A stretch of 64,000 bases of DNA from Octopus vulgaris (taxonomy: Eukaryota), in contig OX597843.1 of the NCBI GenBank assembly GCA_951406725.2, positions 20,584,001-20,648,000 on the forward strand. The letters are read 5' to 3'. Of the stretch, positions 13,794-26,399 are shown one piece after another. Made by a program: the position numbers and the translations under genes. Below the pieces are notes generated by a model, which saw nothing but the letters and a program-made list of their open reading frames with translations, was not told where the DNA came from and did not search any database. Each line of letters starts with the position of its first letter. Within the stretch, counting starts at the first letter, position 1.

Positions 13794-14711
13794 TATATAT
13801 TAATTATATCATCTGAACAATATACAATGGTAGTGTTATAGAATAAAGAATATCGTTTAATTCATTCTCGCTTATTCACCTCTGTTTAAACACTAAACAG
13901 AAAAAGGAAAAAGAAATAATTTTTCCACAATAAAAACCGAGATGCAACAGACATAATTCAAAAATCTTTAGTACCAGTTTTTAACGCGCGTTTCGAAATA
14001 GCAAATCCAAATCGCCATACAATAACACCATATAAACACCAGTTGCTGATGTCACATAAATCATTGAAATTTTACATCTGATCAGAACCGAACGCTTTAA
14101 GAGAATCAACCAACTGGAATGGCTTATGCCCGTCCCCCACAGGGACGTCATTCAGGCAGGACCACAATCTCGCCCACCAGAAAACTTAGACGTCACCTGT
14201 AATTTAATGAATCAAATATCAGAATGGTTCACGGAAAAAATTGTAAACACATCCAATTCCAAAAAACGCCGTTACAAGCAAAAGTCCTTGCACACGACGG
14301 ACAATGATTCACAGAGACTGTGCTCAAAGATTTCCCTTTTTCTACTATATCAATTTCTCCCTTGTTTTTGTCTTTCTTTACCCTGTATGGCAGAAACTCT
14401 GATGATACACATTTCTTATCGATCTTTTGAATTTTATGCTTTTAACCAAGACGTTCCACATCTTTTATATTATTGAATGTTATGAATATTTAAATCATAT
14501 TTCATATTACTGAAACTTGTAAACATTGAAACATATTGTTTCTCGTTCATTATTTTAAAATTTTACCATTGATAAACCAAAAGTATTGTTGAAACCAGTT
14601 TGGTATATATGTAAATAAAAAAACAATACAAAAAATTTTATTAAAAAAAATCCAAATTTTCGTGCATCGTGAACAACACATTTTTATATAGTTTTCCTCC
14701 TCATATATACA

Positions 14712-14759
<48 letters not shown>

Positions 14760-14763
<4 letters not shown>

Positions 14764-15514
14764 CAATATAGGGTGGCAAGGAAAATTTTGTAGAATTTTA
14801 TTGCCACCAGCGGCCCAGTGGGAAAAAATTAAATAGTCATAGACCATTTTTAAGTTCAACATTAACAATTAAGGAACGGCCATAATAGGCCATTCACCCA
14901 CTAGAAATAACAGCCAAAGCTTCTACCGCAAATAAAGATTAATTCCGTAAACAGGAGAAAATTAAAAAAACATTTACCCTGTAATTTCTTGTACGGTATA
15001 CCGTTTCATCTGCTGTTTAATGGTAAACTAACCTGATTAAATTAAATCAAGCCAATCTTCCATAAGCCCTCAGATTCTTCAGCAAGAAATAGCTCAAGTC
15101 GGAACAGATATTTACACGAGGCATACCCAATCCTGCCAAGGCAATATCTGACCTAAAATTTTCAAATCGTCGCACTCGCGCCAAATTTATCGGCAGCAAA
15201 TAAATATCAGCCGTCGATTCCATTACGGAATTAACCAAAAAATTCATAATTAATCAATATAGGGTGGCAAGGAAAATTTTGTAGAATTTTATTGCCACCA
15301 GCGGCCCAGTGGGAAAAAATTAAATAGTCATAGACCATTTTTAAGTTCAACATTAACAATTAAGGAACGGCCATAATAGGCCATTCACCCACTAGAAATA
15401 ACAGCCAAAGCTTCTACCGCAAATAAAGATTAATTCCGTAAACAGGAGAAAATTAAAAAAACATTTACCCTGTAATTTCTTGGGTAAATTACAGGGTAAA
15501 TGTTTTTTTAATTT
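14760..15514 (-). mobile_element. Retrozyme-like non-coding retroelement: 491-nt monomer, 232-bp identical direct repeat and 29-bp fold-back
   Basis: 14760-14991 is identical to 15251-15482. 15486-15514 is the inverse of 15450-15478. Abuts (AT)n and contains an HHR. Confidence 0.8.
14984..15090 (-). ncRNA. Type I hammerhead ribozyme, intact canonical core
   Basis: Minus strand: ATTTCTTG-CTGAAGA-ATCTG-(loop)-CAGAT-GAAA-CGGTATACCG-TA|CAAGAAAT. 8-bp stem I, 5-bp stem II, palindromic stem III, GUA cleavage triplet. Confidence 0.9.
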
Positions 15515-16109
15515 AAAATTAAAAAAGTTTTTAAATACTTTAAACTTATCAATTTAAATATATATATATATGTAAATATTTCTTTATTTATATTATTTAT
15601 TTATTATTTATTTATTTATTTATTTAATTTTTTTGTTGTTTTTTTATTTTATTTTATTTATTTTTTTTTATTTTATAAATATCAAAAGTATTAAAAGATA
15701 GAGTAAAACACTACGATCGTTTCATGGCTGTACCAATTCGAATAACAATAATTTAAGTTCAATTAATAATTCGTGTTATGGTTACAGTCAATCTTCATGT
15801 TAATTGAAATATTTTAAAAATAATCAGAAATATTTAAACAATTTTTTAAAGATATAAATAATATAATATCGTGACGTAAATATGCCATTTGAATATGGCT
15901 AACCCCTAAGGGTGGATGCTACTGTAGATTTTAGCCCCAGGAAGACATCTCCTCCAGCTGGCTATAGACACACTTTCTGTGACCTATCAGTATTTGCAAA
16001 GGGAAGCCATCCTTCCCGTCTTCAACTTAAGATACACAGGGCCCCGAGTTTCAAGGTATTGACCTATCATCTTTCTGATAAAAAAGGGAAATTTTTATTC
16101 AGTGCCTTA

Positions 16110-18674
16110 TGAAACTTATGATAAATTGATATCCAAAGAGCTGCACGCTAAATACCAAATCGCCAAATAATCGGCTCTTACTGACATTAATAATAGACAC
16201 TACGACTTAATTTCTGAATTAGGAATCCTTGACCGCACGCAACCTTATGATCCTAAGCCCCCGCACTGCACCCTAAAGGCCCATTAAAAAGATTTTCTTG
16301 CCAAACTGTCAATACGATTAATTTGCCCAACTAAATCTGACTTGGGTAGAATCAGCAAATCCATATTGGATAGAATTATTCCAGTGATAAGTGAAAGGAC
16401 GATGTTGCCCTTATGGGAATCTACCAATGATGTTTTATATAGGTTTCACACAATTAAATGTGCTGACTCATCTTCATTTGTACAATTTGATATTTCGAAT
16501 TACAACTCCTTGATCTCTCCAATCTTACTGAATAAAGCAATAATTTTAGCCGGGAACTTTGTTGAAATATCGAATCTAGATATTGATATTATGCAAGCAG
16601 CAAGAATGACTCTGATAAATTATGGAAAGCACCACTAGTCTAAATCGCATTCTTTTATTTTATTCGACATCACTATGGGATCATCGGACTCGGCTCAAGT
16701 AACGGATATTGTTGGTCTATTTTTGTTAGACAAGTTTAAGCGGTTTTTCCAATCTCTATCCGAAGGGATTTATTGGGATGACGCATTATCCATCTTCTCT
16801 AATCATTCAAATCCTCAGATTGAAAGAATGAAGTAGGACTTTAGAGAATCTCTCAAGGACGTTTATAATTTGAGCATCGTTTTTGAGAATAATCCTAAAG
16901 TGGCAAATTTCTTCGATATTACTCTCTATCTGAATACTAGCTTACACTACCCTTTCCGAAAACCAAACCAAACTTTCCGATATATCAATGTTTCCTCAAA
17001 TCATCCCAAATCAAACAACAATAGCATTATAACTGCAATTTCTATCAGAATCTCAAACATATCGGCGAAGAAAAACATCTTTAATCAACACGCCCCAATA
17101 TACAACAATGCCTTAAAATTGAGTGGGTTCACAAATAATATTGAATACATACACAATTCAAAATTCAAAATTAAATTGGCCAGCATGGTCAGCGACGGTA
17201 TGAAACGGATTTCGGATAGCAGAGGCTCCCTCATGATCCCCAAGGAACTCGCAACAAGCTGATAATGACCAATATTTATGCTGATAAAATGAGATTTGGA
17301 AATAAGAGAAATAAATGTGATGTGGTTGGTTTTGTAAATGGTAACCACGTTAATAAGGTTAATAATGAGTATTGTAATGATGAAAATACCATGGATGATA
17401 ACAGCAACGGGAGGGAAGGGGTTGCAAATAATAGGAGTCATAAATGTGAATTGAGGTTTAAAGTTGGGCTTAGGTCTAGTGAAGGTGAAAATAGGAATAA
17501 GAATAATACTAATAGTAGTAAAAATAAAGATATAAATATTACTAATAGATACAGAATGGCCTTACCTCAAGTCAAGCAACATATTGTAATCCCATTATTA
17601 ATACTAAGTCTAGGATTCGTCAAGTTACCTGGTTTGCCTCTCCCTTTTCATTAAGGGTGAAAGGTTTACCAAAGCTATTTTCAAAGTTATTGAAGGAAAT
17701 TTTCCCAAAACACCATAAGTACTATTCAATATGTAACAAGTCAACAATCAAGGTGGCCTACTCAGACACTCCCAATGTCGTATCTATTGTTGCTTCGTTG
17801 AACAGAAGTAAAATAAGGCGCTATAATGATAGAAATGATGACAGAACCTTTAATGGAAAATTCATTAAGGACATAGAAGATAGTAGTAATATTAATAGTA
17901 CGTCTTCTGAAATCGATTATGAAGGGCGTATTGGAATGACAAATAGTAGAGATAATCATAATAATGATGTTGGTGATGATATTAGTGATTATAATGATTA
18001 TCAGGGTGGTAATAATAGTGTTAATTGTACTGATAATGGTAATGCAAATATTAGTAAAATTAAAAATAAAAATAAGAATGATGGTAATAGTAAGAATAAC
18101 AATACATATACATATAACAATACATATACCGGAAAATAGTAGGAACGATGGTGTAAATGATATGGTGGATCCTAGCACTGGGAGGGGGCATGGTTTCGGA
18201 GTGATCAGTAATTCGAGACCCCGTAGCAGGTTGAAGAAATGTAATTGTAGGGGGCTCATCAGTATGTCCGATTAGCGGAAATTGTCGCCAGGAAACCGTA
18301 GTGTTGAGGCTCAAGGAGGCCAGAGAAAAATATATATTGGAAGCAGAGTAGACTTTAAGCAGAGGTATCGGTTCCACCTGAGCTCTTTCAACAATCCTAA
18401 ATATAGGACCTCTACAACATTGGCATTACATGTTAATGACCTTAAGGAAAGGGATGTTGAATTTAAAATATCATGGGCTATCCTTGTGCATGCCTCCCCT
18501 TATAGAATTGGGTCCACTAGATGCGGTTTATGCATAAGGGAAGCATATACTATATTGAAAAATTACAACAACGCAGTGTTAAATAAGTTCACTGATGCAA
18601 TACCGGCGTGTACGCATAAGATCCACTCGACGTTCTATAAGAAATTTAGAAATAGAAATAGCAATAAAAGTTAG
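16110..18674 (+). mobile_element. Penelope-like element (RT + GIY-YIG), degenerate, possibly Naiad-like
   Basis: QFDISNYNS, DITMGSSDSAQVTDIVGLFLL, GIYWDD, FFDITL, YINVSSNHP, KKCNCR, IYIGS..FKQRY..H, CGLCIRE, CTH. Several stops. Confidence 0.9.
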
Positions 18675-19057
18675 AGCTCAGCAATAACAATTGAATTAAA
18701 TTTAGTAAGCATAGTAAGAAGTGAATGAAATAAAACTAAAGTAATGTAATTATTAAAAGAAAAAATAGCTATTAGTATAAAAAGGGTCAAGGACTTGAAC
18801 CCGAATATGTGGCTTTGCATGTATGTGAGAACTTATAAGATTGAAGAAAAATAAAATAAAATAAGTGCAGAAGTGAAATGGTCCAGATGGCGCTGTGAGC
18901 ATACCATTTACTATAGCTGCTGGATAGTATTATATGCATATCAAATAGCATTCAGGATCGGAGAAAAATTCCTGGGAGTACGTAATGTCTCGTTTCTGAA
19001 TATGGCTGGTATGTAATTGTGTATTTGTTCACGTTTACTATGTGTTGTATGTATAGG

Positions 19058-19140
19058 ATATCCTGATGAGGGGTGTGCCAATTTTAAGTATATGAATTGA
19101 CAAATATTAATAGGCGCGTCTCCGAAACTGCCAGTAGAGG
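19058..19140 (+). ncRNA. Minimal type I hammerhead in the PLE 3' pLTR
   Basis: CTGATGA-GGGGTGTGCC...GGCGCGTCTCC-GAAA-CTG-c-CAG-TA. Stem I is weak. Confidence 0.65.
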
Positions 19141-19744
19141 GACTTCTGTGTATCCTTGTAAACTTATATTTTTTTAAATTGTATAATTATTATCTTCTAC
19201 GTACATTTCGCTAGAATTTTAATTCGTCCTTTAATTTGCCATTGTATGGTTTATTTTTATTTATTATTATTCTATTTATTTCTCTTATTGTAACAAATTT
19301 ATACTTAGGAATTACAACCGTGTTTCGTGGTCTGCTACCCCAACAGCTCCTTTATAGGATCCAGTTAACTCAAGATATCATCAGGAGGAACCACGTCCGA
19401 TTTCGGCCCCTACTCCTCTACCGTTTTGACGTGGCGGGAACCCCCTTTCGGAGGTGTCTTCAGTTCTGGTGTTGGGTACATGTCTTCGTTCTTCTTTTCC
19501 CTGGCCTCTTCGATGTATCGTCAGCGAGTGTCAGCCGGTGACTGACTGTCTTGTCAAATTTCTCCCTTTAAATACCTGCCACATAGCCCCAGCTACTTGT
19601 CACATGACACTGTCTCACCTTAACTGACTAGAGAAGGCGCGTAGTTTTAGCCCGCGCTTATTCTTAACGACCATCACCTGTCAGTCAGCGAAGCTGATTC
19701 AGTCAGCCAGTCTCACCTATTGATGTTATTTCCCGTCGGCGTGT

Positions 19745-21056
19745 TTATACTTTCCTGCGCTTTTCTACTTTTGGGTACTCTCCCCTATTGTACCTCTCGA
19801 TCTTCTCCTTGAGTGCTGCGCTTATGACGCTGAGGACTTGATTATGCTGCCAAGTATCTCTTTCAAGTGCTAGTCTGCAACTTGACAGAACATGTCTAAC
19901 CGTCGCTTTCTCCCCGCATCTACAATCATCAATTTTATTTATGTTCCACCGGACTAAGTTCGCCGGTAAAGGTAGAACGTCGAAGGTAGACTTGATCAGG
20001 AAGGATGTTCTTGCTTGTTCCCAAGCCCAAAGTTCCTTCCATGATATTCTGCGGTTGATCACATATTCCTCCCATCTCAGGCACTGTCCCTGTTGATGTT
20101 TGGCACCAAATGTAAATTTTGCCTTTCTTCTTCCTCCTTTCTCACTTCGTATACCACTGCCTCTTTCATCTCTTTTACACTGCTCTTGCAAAATAGCCTG
20201 AAATTTTGCGACCCTAGGCCGGTTCTAGCTTCTTGCGTCGCTCCGACTATATCTGCGTGCTTTAGGTTTCCGATAACCCTGTTTACTGCCTCTTCCGCCT
20301 TCCATTTCCTCCCTGTTCGTACCTTTGGAGGGTTTTCCCGGATACTCTGATCTTTTGAATACCTTAGCATCATTACTGTCCTTGCCTTTCCTGCCTTATA
20401 TTCTTCGGAGATTGATGTTATTGGTAATTGCAGCACGGCTTTTCCATATAGTGCAGTTGTATTCAGTGGTTTCGGCAGACCAAGCCATTTTCTGATAAAC
20501 ACACTGCATCTTTGCTCCATCCTTTCTATTCTACTCGAGGCTATTTCGTACATTTGCAATGGCCACATTATTCTTGGGGACAGACCAAATTGCAGTATCC
20601 AACATTTGAATTTTCCCGGCAGCGTTGTTCTGTCAATTGCCTTTAATCCTTGTTCTACTAACTCGTGTGTTTCTTTCCTTGCTTCGTATCATTTAATAAA
20701 TCTTTATAGATCATCTGCCGAGAATCTTTACCTGTTGTTCTTTCGCCGTTGGTATGTCTTCACTTCCTATCCTGAATTTCACTTCTTGTCTTCCTTTCAC
20801 GAAAGTCACGCTTCGAGAGTTTTTGGCTTTGAATTACATCCTTGCCCATCCAATCAGTTCGTCCAACCGCTCTACCGTTCCCTCTGCTTCTTCTCTATAT
20901 TTACGATAATATAGTTATGTCGTCCATAAAAGCCTTAATGGTGTCTTAGTAACAGCTTTCTCACAGTTTGTAGATCTGAGTAGCATTTCCATGACTATCA
21001 CGACTGATATCGTGCATCCGGCTGCAATACCTATTTCAAGCTGTTGCCACTCCCTA
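19745..21056 (-). mobile_element. HERO-like (R2 superfamily) non-LTR retrotransposon fragment
   Basis: GIAAGCTIS, AFMDD, MWPLQMYEI, RKWLGLP, TGRKW, and a CCHC knuckle CRCG...HVLSSC...HNQVL. A GC-richer 3' region may extend to ~19300. Confidence 0.85.
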
Positions 21057-21327
21057 GATTCAAGTTGTTATGTGCAAAATTTATATTTTTATACGATATA
21101 TTTATACATTACTAAATTTTTAAATTTTTAAACGTCGGTCTTTAGAGATATAAATGAGTATATGAAGATTTGTATGTATTTGGTGTTTCTGTGGATTTTG
21201 CGATGTTCCTGTAGTTGTTGCTCGCATTGCCTCCCCTCGGATATAAGAAAAAGTGTATACAGCTCATTAGAGCACTTCTATTTCCAGTCCGTTGTATATC
21301 TTGAGCGTTGTTGTCACTCAAGATATA

Positions 21328-21486
<159 letters not shown>

Positions 21487-21689
21487 CAAATAAGAAAATG
21501 AAAGAGAACAATAGTTGGTTCATCAACTTTAGGACATTAAAAATGTTAACTTATTTATTTATTAAACTGACAATTATAATTGTTGTTGGCATCTTTTTGT
21601 CTCAGGAGACAATGGAGTTGCGCATAAAATAATCTAGTCCGGCTTTTTAAATTTCATGTCCTAATACATTTCCTGCTATGGCTGTGTAG

Positions 21690-24600
21690 TCCTATCCTGG
21701 ACAAACACTCCCTCTGGCAGGTGCCGCAAATGTAGCGAAGACTTTTCCTGGCTGGTTGTAATGTCATAGTTTCTTGTTGACGTCTTTTCTTGCCTTTCCA
21801 TTTCTCCTCTCTCTCCGTTACTACTTTGTATTCCCTCTTTTACGGAACGTCGCCAATCTCCACGTTTGCTGACAACTACTTCCTAGTTGCTAATATTAAT
21901 GTTTCAGGCCTTCATGTCCCTTTCGCAAACATCCTTGTCTCGTAAGAACGGTCTACCCGCACACCTAGTGCCCCTATCAAGCTCTCCGTAGAATATGTCC
22001 TTGGGGATTCTGCCATCTTGAATACGGCTAACATGTCCAAGCCATCTCATACGTGTGAGGAGTGCAAACATGCTTAGTATTCCAGCTTGCTTGAGGACAT
22101 CTTTGTTGGGGACATGATTCTGCTATTTGATGCGAAGGCTTTTCCAGAGGCAGCGCAGGTGAAAGTTATTTAGGCGACGCTCTTGGCGTGTGAATGGCGT
22201 CCAGGTCCCACTTCCATACAGTAGAGTGCTAAGTACACATGCCTGGTAAATCTTCATTTTTGTGTTCTTGGTCAGCTTAATGTTGACCCATGCTCGTTTC
22301 GAGAGTTGGGCCATCACAGCAGATGCTTTGCCAATGCGTATATTGAGCTCAACATCAAGGGATAGGTTGTAGGTGACGGTAGAGCCAAGATAGGTAAATG
22401 TCTCCACCTCCTGTAATCTGTGGTCTCCAATATGTGTGTTTCGGATGTCCGGAGTAGCCTGACCCATGATGTTGGTCTTCTTGAGGCTGATAGCTAAGCC
22501 AAAATCGTTACATGCCTGCTCACAACAGCTGATGAGCCTTTTTAGGGCTTCTTCTGTGTGTGATACCAGAGCGGCATCATCAGCAAATAGCATTTCCCTG
22601 AGCAGGACGCTTCTGATTTTGGTCTTGCCACGCAGGCGCGAGAGATTGAACAGTTTCCCGTCACTTCTACTCTGCAGAAACACTCCATCATCTGATGTCT
22701 GAAAGGCATGTGAGAGCAATAGCGAGAAGAAGATGCCAATGTAGGAACAAGGACACAACCTTGCTTTACTCCGTTTTTATTTGGAAGGCGGCTGTTGTTG
22801 AACCATTGTGCTGTATGTTGCCTTGCATATCATCATGGAAAGACTTGATGATCCTCAGCAGCTTTGGTGGACATCCGATTTTTTGGAGTATGATGAAGAG
22901 GACTTTTCTACTTACCAATGAAGGCCATATAGAATGGTATTTTCTGCTCTCTGGACTTCTCCTGAAGTTGGCGTATGGAGAATATCATATCAATAGTTGA
23001 TCTGCTCTTTCTAAAGCCACACAGCAATTTCGGATGGATTCGAGAAGCAATCAGTTGTACCCTGGGCAGGATAACGCGAGCAAAGATCTTTCCAACAAGG
23101 CGTAGAAGAGATATTCCACGATAAATGTTACAATCACCACAGTCACCTTTGTTTTTGTAAAGCGTAATGATGTTAGCATCCCGCATATCTTGAGGAACTG
23201 TACCCTCTTCCCAGCACTGACACAGAAGCTCATGATGGTGCCGAAGCAGGATGGTGTTTTTGCCGGCTTGATTATCTCTGAGTGGATGCCGTCTTTTCCT
23301 GGAGCCTTGTTACTTGCTAGGGAGTCAATAGCCTTGTTGAGCTCTGCTATAGATGTTTGACTGTGAAGTTCTCACATGACTTGCAAGATCTTGACATTCT
23401 CGATTGCAGCCTCAGCTACCGTGGTCTCCCGTGAGTAGAGAACCTGGTAGTACTCCACCCATCTATCCATTTTCTTGATGAGATATCCAGTAGTTGATTT
23501 CAGAGGGGCTGACTTGGTTGCGGATGGGCCGAGGGTCCTTATTCAAACCGGCATACACCCACCGGGTGTCGCCACTGTCGGCAGCTGACTGGATACTCTG
23601 ACAGATTTCCTGCCAAATACCTATTTGCACAGTGTCTGGCTGTCAGTTGGGTTATATTTGTTGCCTTTCAGATTTCATCGAGTGATTTTGTAGAAGAACC
23701 ACTCTTGTATTGCATCAGAGCTGCACGCTTTGCTTCGATAACTGGTTCCAGCTCTGAGAGCCCAGCACTGAACCAATCTGGGTTTTGCCTTTCTCTCATG
23801 CCGAAAGTATCTATTAATGTGGTATACAAAGCTTCCCTGATATAATTCCACCTAATTTCAGCAGAGGAGGTTGGGCAGCTACTGAGGGCAACCTTGATAG
23901 AAACAGCAAAACATTTTCGCTGTGTAGGATCTGAGATTCTAGCAGTGTTAATGCGTGGTCAGCCCATTTTCTTGGAGTGATGGACTTTTTAGGCAGGATC
24001 ATCACCATGCTTCCAATTAGTGAGTGATCTGTGTGGTAACTACGGGTCAGGCGAACAGAATTCAGAAAGGATCTTCGTGCAATGATGAGATCCATCTGAT
24101 GCCTGTGGTGAGATCTTGGATTTCTCCAAGATGCCTTGTGTGATGTCTTGTTGGCAAATAATGTGTTAGTGATGCGCATGGTATGTGCAAAATTCAAGTA
24201 GCCTCTGACCATTGTCATTCATGTTGTCAATATCAAGGTGTCCAACACAAATGGGCCACGAATCTCCGAGAAGGTAGATGTTTTCATTTGTTGGTATATT
24301 TTTAATGACACAGTTGAGATCTATGTAGAACTGGTCCTTGGTCTCCTCTGGGCTGTAGAGAGTGGGAGCATAGATGCTCAGTAGAAGGTGAAATCCTGTT
24401 CTTTGACTTTCCCGTTTGAAGGGATTCTTGGCTCCTGCAGCCCAGCAATGTCTATGTTAAGCCTGTTTTGTTCACGGTTAATGATGGCCGTCTTTCTTGT
24501 GTCTTCAACCCTGAGTAGATCATCAGATATTCCAGGGCACGTAGTCCTGGCATTCCAGTTTGCTAACCGCAGGACGGGTGGTTTCTTGTCTTTTAGCTGC

Positions 24601-25035
24601 TTGCCTGGTGCAGAGGCTGCATTTGAAGTGTTTTCAAGTCAAACTCTTAGCTCCAAGCACCCAATGAAGCAGGCGGCCTGTGGCGGGTCAGCACCTTATT
24701 AAATGGGGGCTGCCCAGCTTGAGGTGGGCAGTCGCAAACCAATGGGACACGGAGGTCCCTCCCACCGTCAGAGGTGACCCGTAGCGCCCAAATGTTACGC
24801 CAATCTGAATGGACTTATCACTCGTGACTGTTACCTCCCGTATTTTTTCAGCCACTTTTTAAAGCAGCACTGAAGTGTCCTCTCCAGTTTTTCGCAGGCC
24901 TGGGCTAGAAATAAGAAAATCCTGGGTAGCCAAATCGTCAGGATTCTTCTCTCGACCTTGCTGATGTATTCCAAAGAGTGCAGAGCATTACGTTTGGCAC
25001 CAGCTTGGTTGCAGGAGCTGCGGAAGACTGTCGAA
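21690..25035 (-). mobile_element. RTE/BovB-like LINE, near full length but frameshifted
   Basis: EN remnant (LSIYAPTL, SWRNPRS, DHSLI), then NIITLYKNKGD..DCNIYRGISLL, GFRKSRSTIDMIF, LFADDAAL, FTYLGS, STLLYGS, and a GC-rich 5' UTR at 24600-25035. Confidence 0.92.
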
Positions 25036-25586
25036 TCGAACACTAAACTAATTATAATAACATACATAATTATAATAACATACATACATATAGCATATAA
25101 GAAAAGGATACAAGTAATTATTGAACAACATGAATATAAATTAGTAAAATAACTTGCAGCTGTTTCAGCCCATAGATAAAAGTATCTCATTCTGCCTTTA
25201 TTAATCAAGTGTATTGGGGTAATAGGCAGATGACAATGAGGTACTTGTATATATCTCCAGGGTTCCTCAGAGATTATCAAGTACAATAATAATTATAAAT
25301 ATGAATATAAAATAAACAAAATACACCAATTTGAATATATATATATATATATATATATTATGGCTGCTCCCTCGTTATCGAGTATGGCCATTACACGAAG
25401 CTTAACTGTTACTGGTTCTGTGATCGAACGTGAGTTTTTGGCCCAGCTAAAGATCTACAATGTCTTGTACCAAATTGGCAACTAAAACCTTTGCTGGTAA
25501 TAGACGGCTGCAGTTGTAAGTGGGCTTCATGTGCATAAATGTATATACATACATACATACATACACACATATATGGTTATACATAA

Positions 25587-25653
<67 letters not shown>

Positions 25654-25689
25654 CATACATACATATATGGTTATACATAATTATATATA

Positions 25690-26105
25690 TATAGTGGCTG
25701 TGTGGCAAGTAGCTTGTTTACCAACCACATGGTTCCGGGTTCAGTCCCACTGCGTGTCACCTTGGGTGAGTGTCTTCTACTATAGCCTCGTGCCGACCAA
25801 ATCCTTGTGAGTGTATTTGGTAGATGGAAACTGAAAGAAGCCCGACGTATATATGTATATATATATATATATGTGTGTGTATGTGTGTATGTATGTGTGT
25901 GTGTGTGTGCGCGCGTGTGTTTGTATGTCTGTGTGTGTGTGTAAGCTGGTGTGTATGTCGGTGTTTGTCCCCCCAACATCGCTTGACAACCGATGTTCGT
26001 GTGTTTATGTACCCTCAATTAGCGGTTCGGCAAAAGAGACCAATGCAATAAGTACTGGGCTTACAAAGAATAAGTCCCGGGGTCGAGTTGCTCGATTAAA
26101 GTCGG
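25690..26105 (+). mobile_element. tRNA-derived SINE with internal microsatellite
   Basis: Head GTGGCTGTGTGG...GGTTCAGTCCC (A/B boxes) and tail GGCTTACAAAGAATAAGTCCCGGGGTCGA. Related fragments elsewhere in the window. Confidence 0.85.
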
Positions 26106-26157
26106 TGAAATCTGATTTTTCCCTGTAAATTTGGATTCATTCCCTAATATTTATTAT

Positions 26158-26188
<31 letters not shown>

Positions 26189-26399
26189 CAGAAATATTAA
26201 ATTTCTAAATATTTCGAAGAGACATGAGCGGTGAGTATACATCCACTCTATATATATAAATATATACTGAAACATACATACACATCTACATCCATAAGTA
26301 CATATAATATTCAGTTATTACTAATATTATTATTATTAATATTAGATTAGGTGTATTCTGCTATTCGCAGCAGATAGTATAGGAAAAATAAAATATAGA

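Noticed and set aside
15890-16110. Minus-strand CTGATAG...GAAA and GATGATA...GAAA hammerhead-like strings
   Set aside because: Cores are non-canonical and stems unconvincing; probably a pLTR-like remnant that cannot be supported as a ribozyme.
19370-19410. Minus-strand GAAA...CTGATGA as a type II hammerhead
   Set aside because: Flanks (GGCC versus TATC) cannot form stem II and there is no clear stem I/III.
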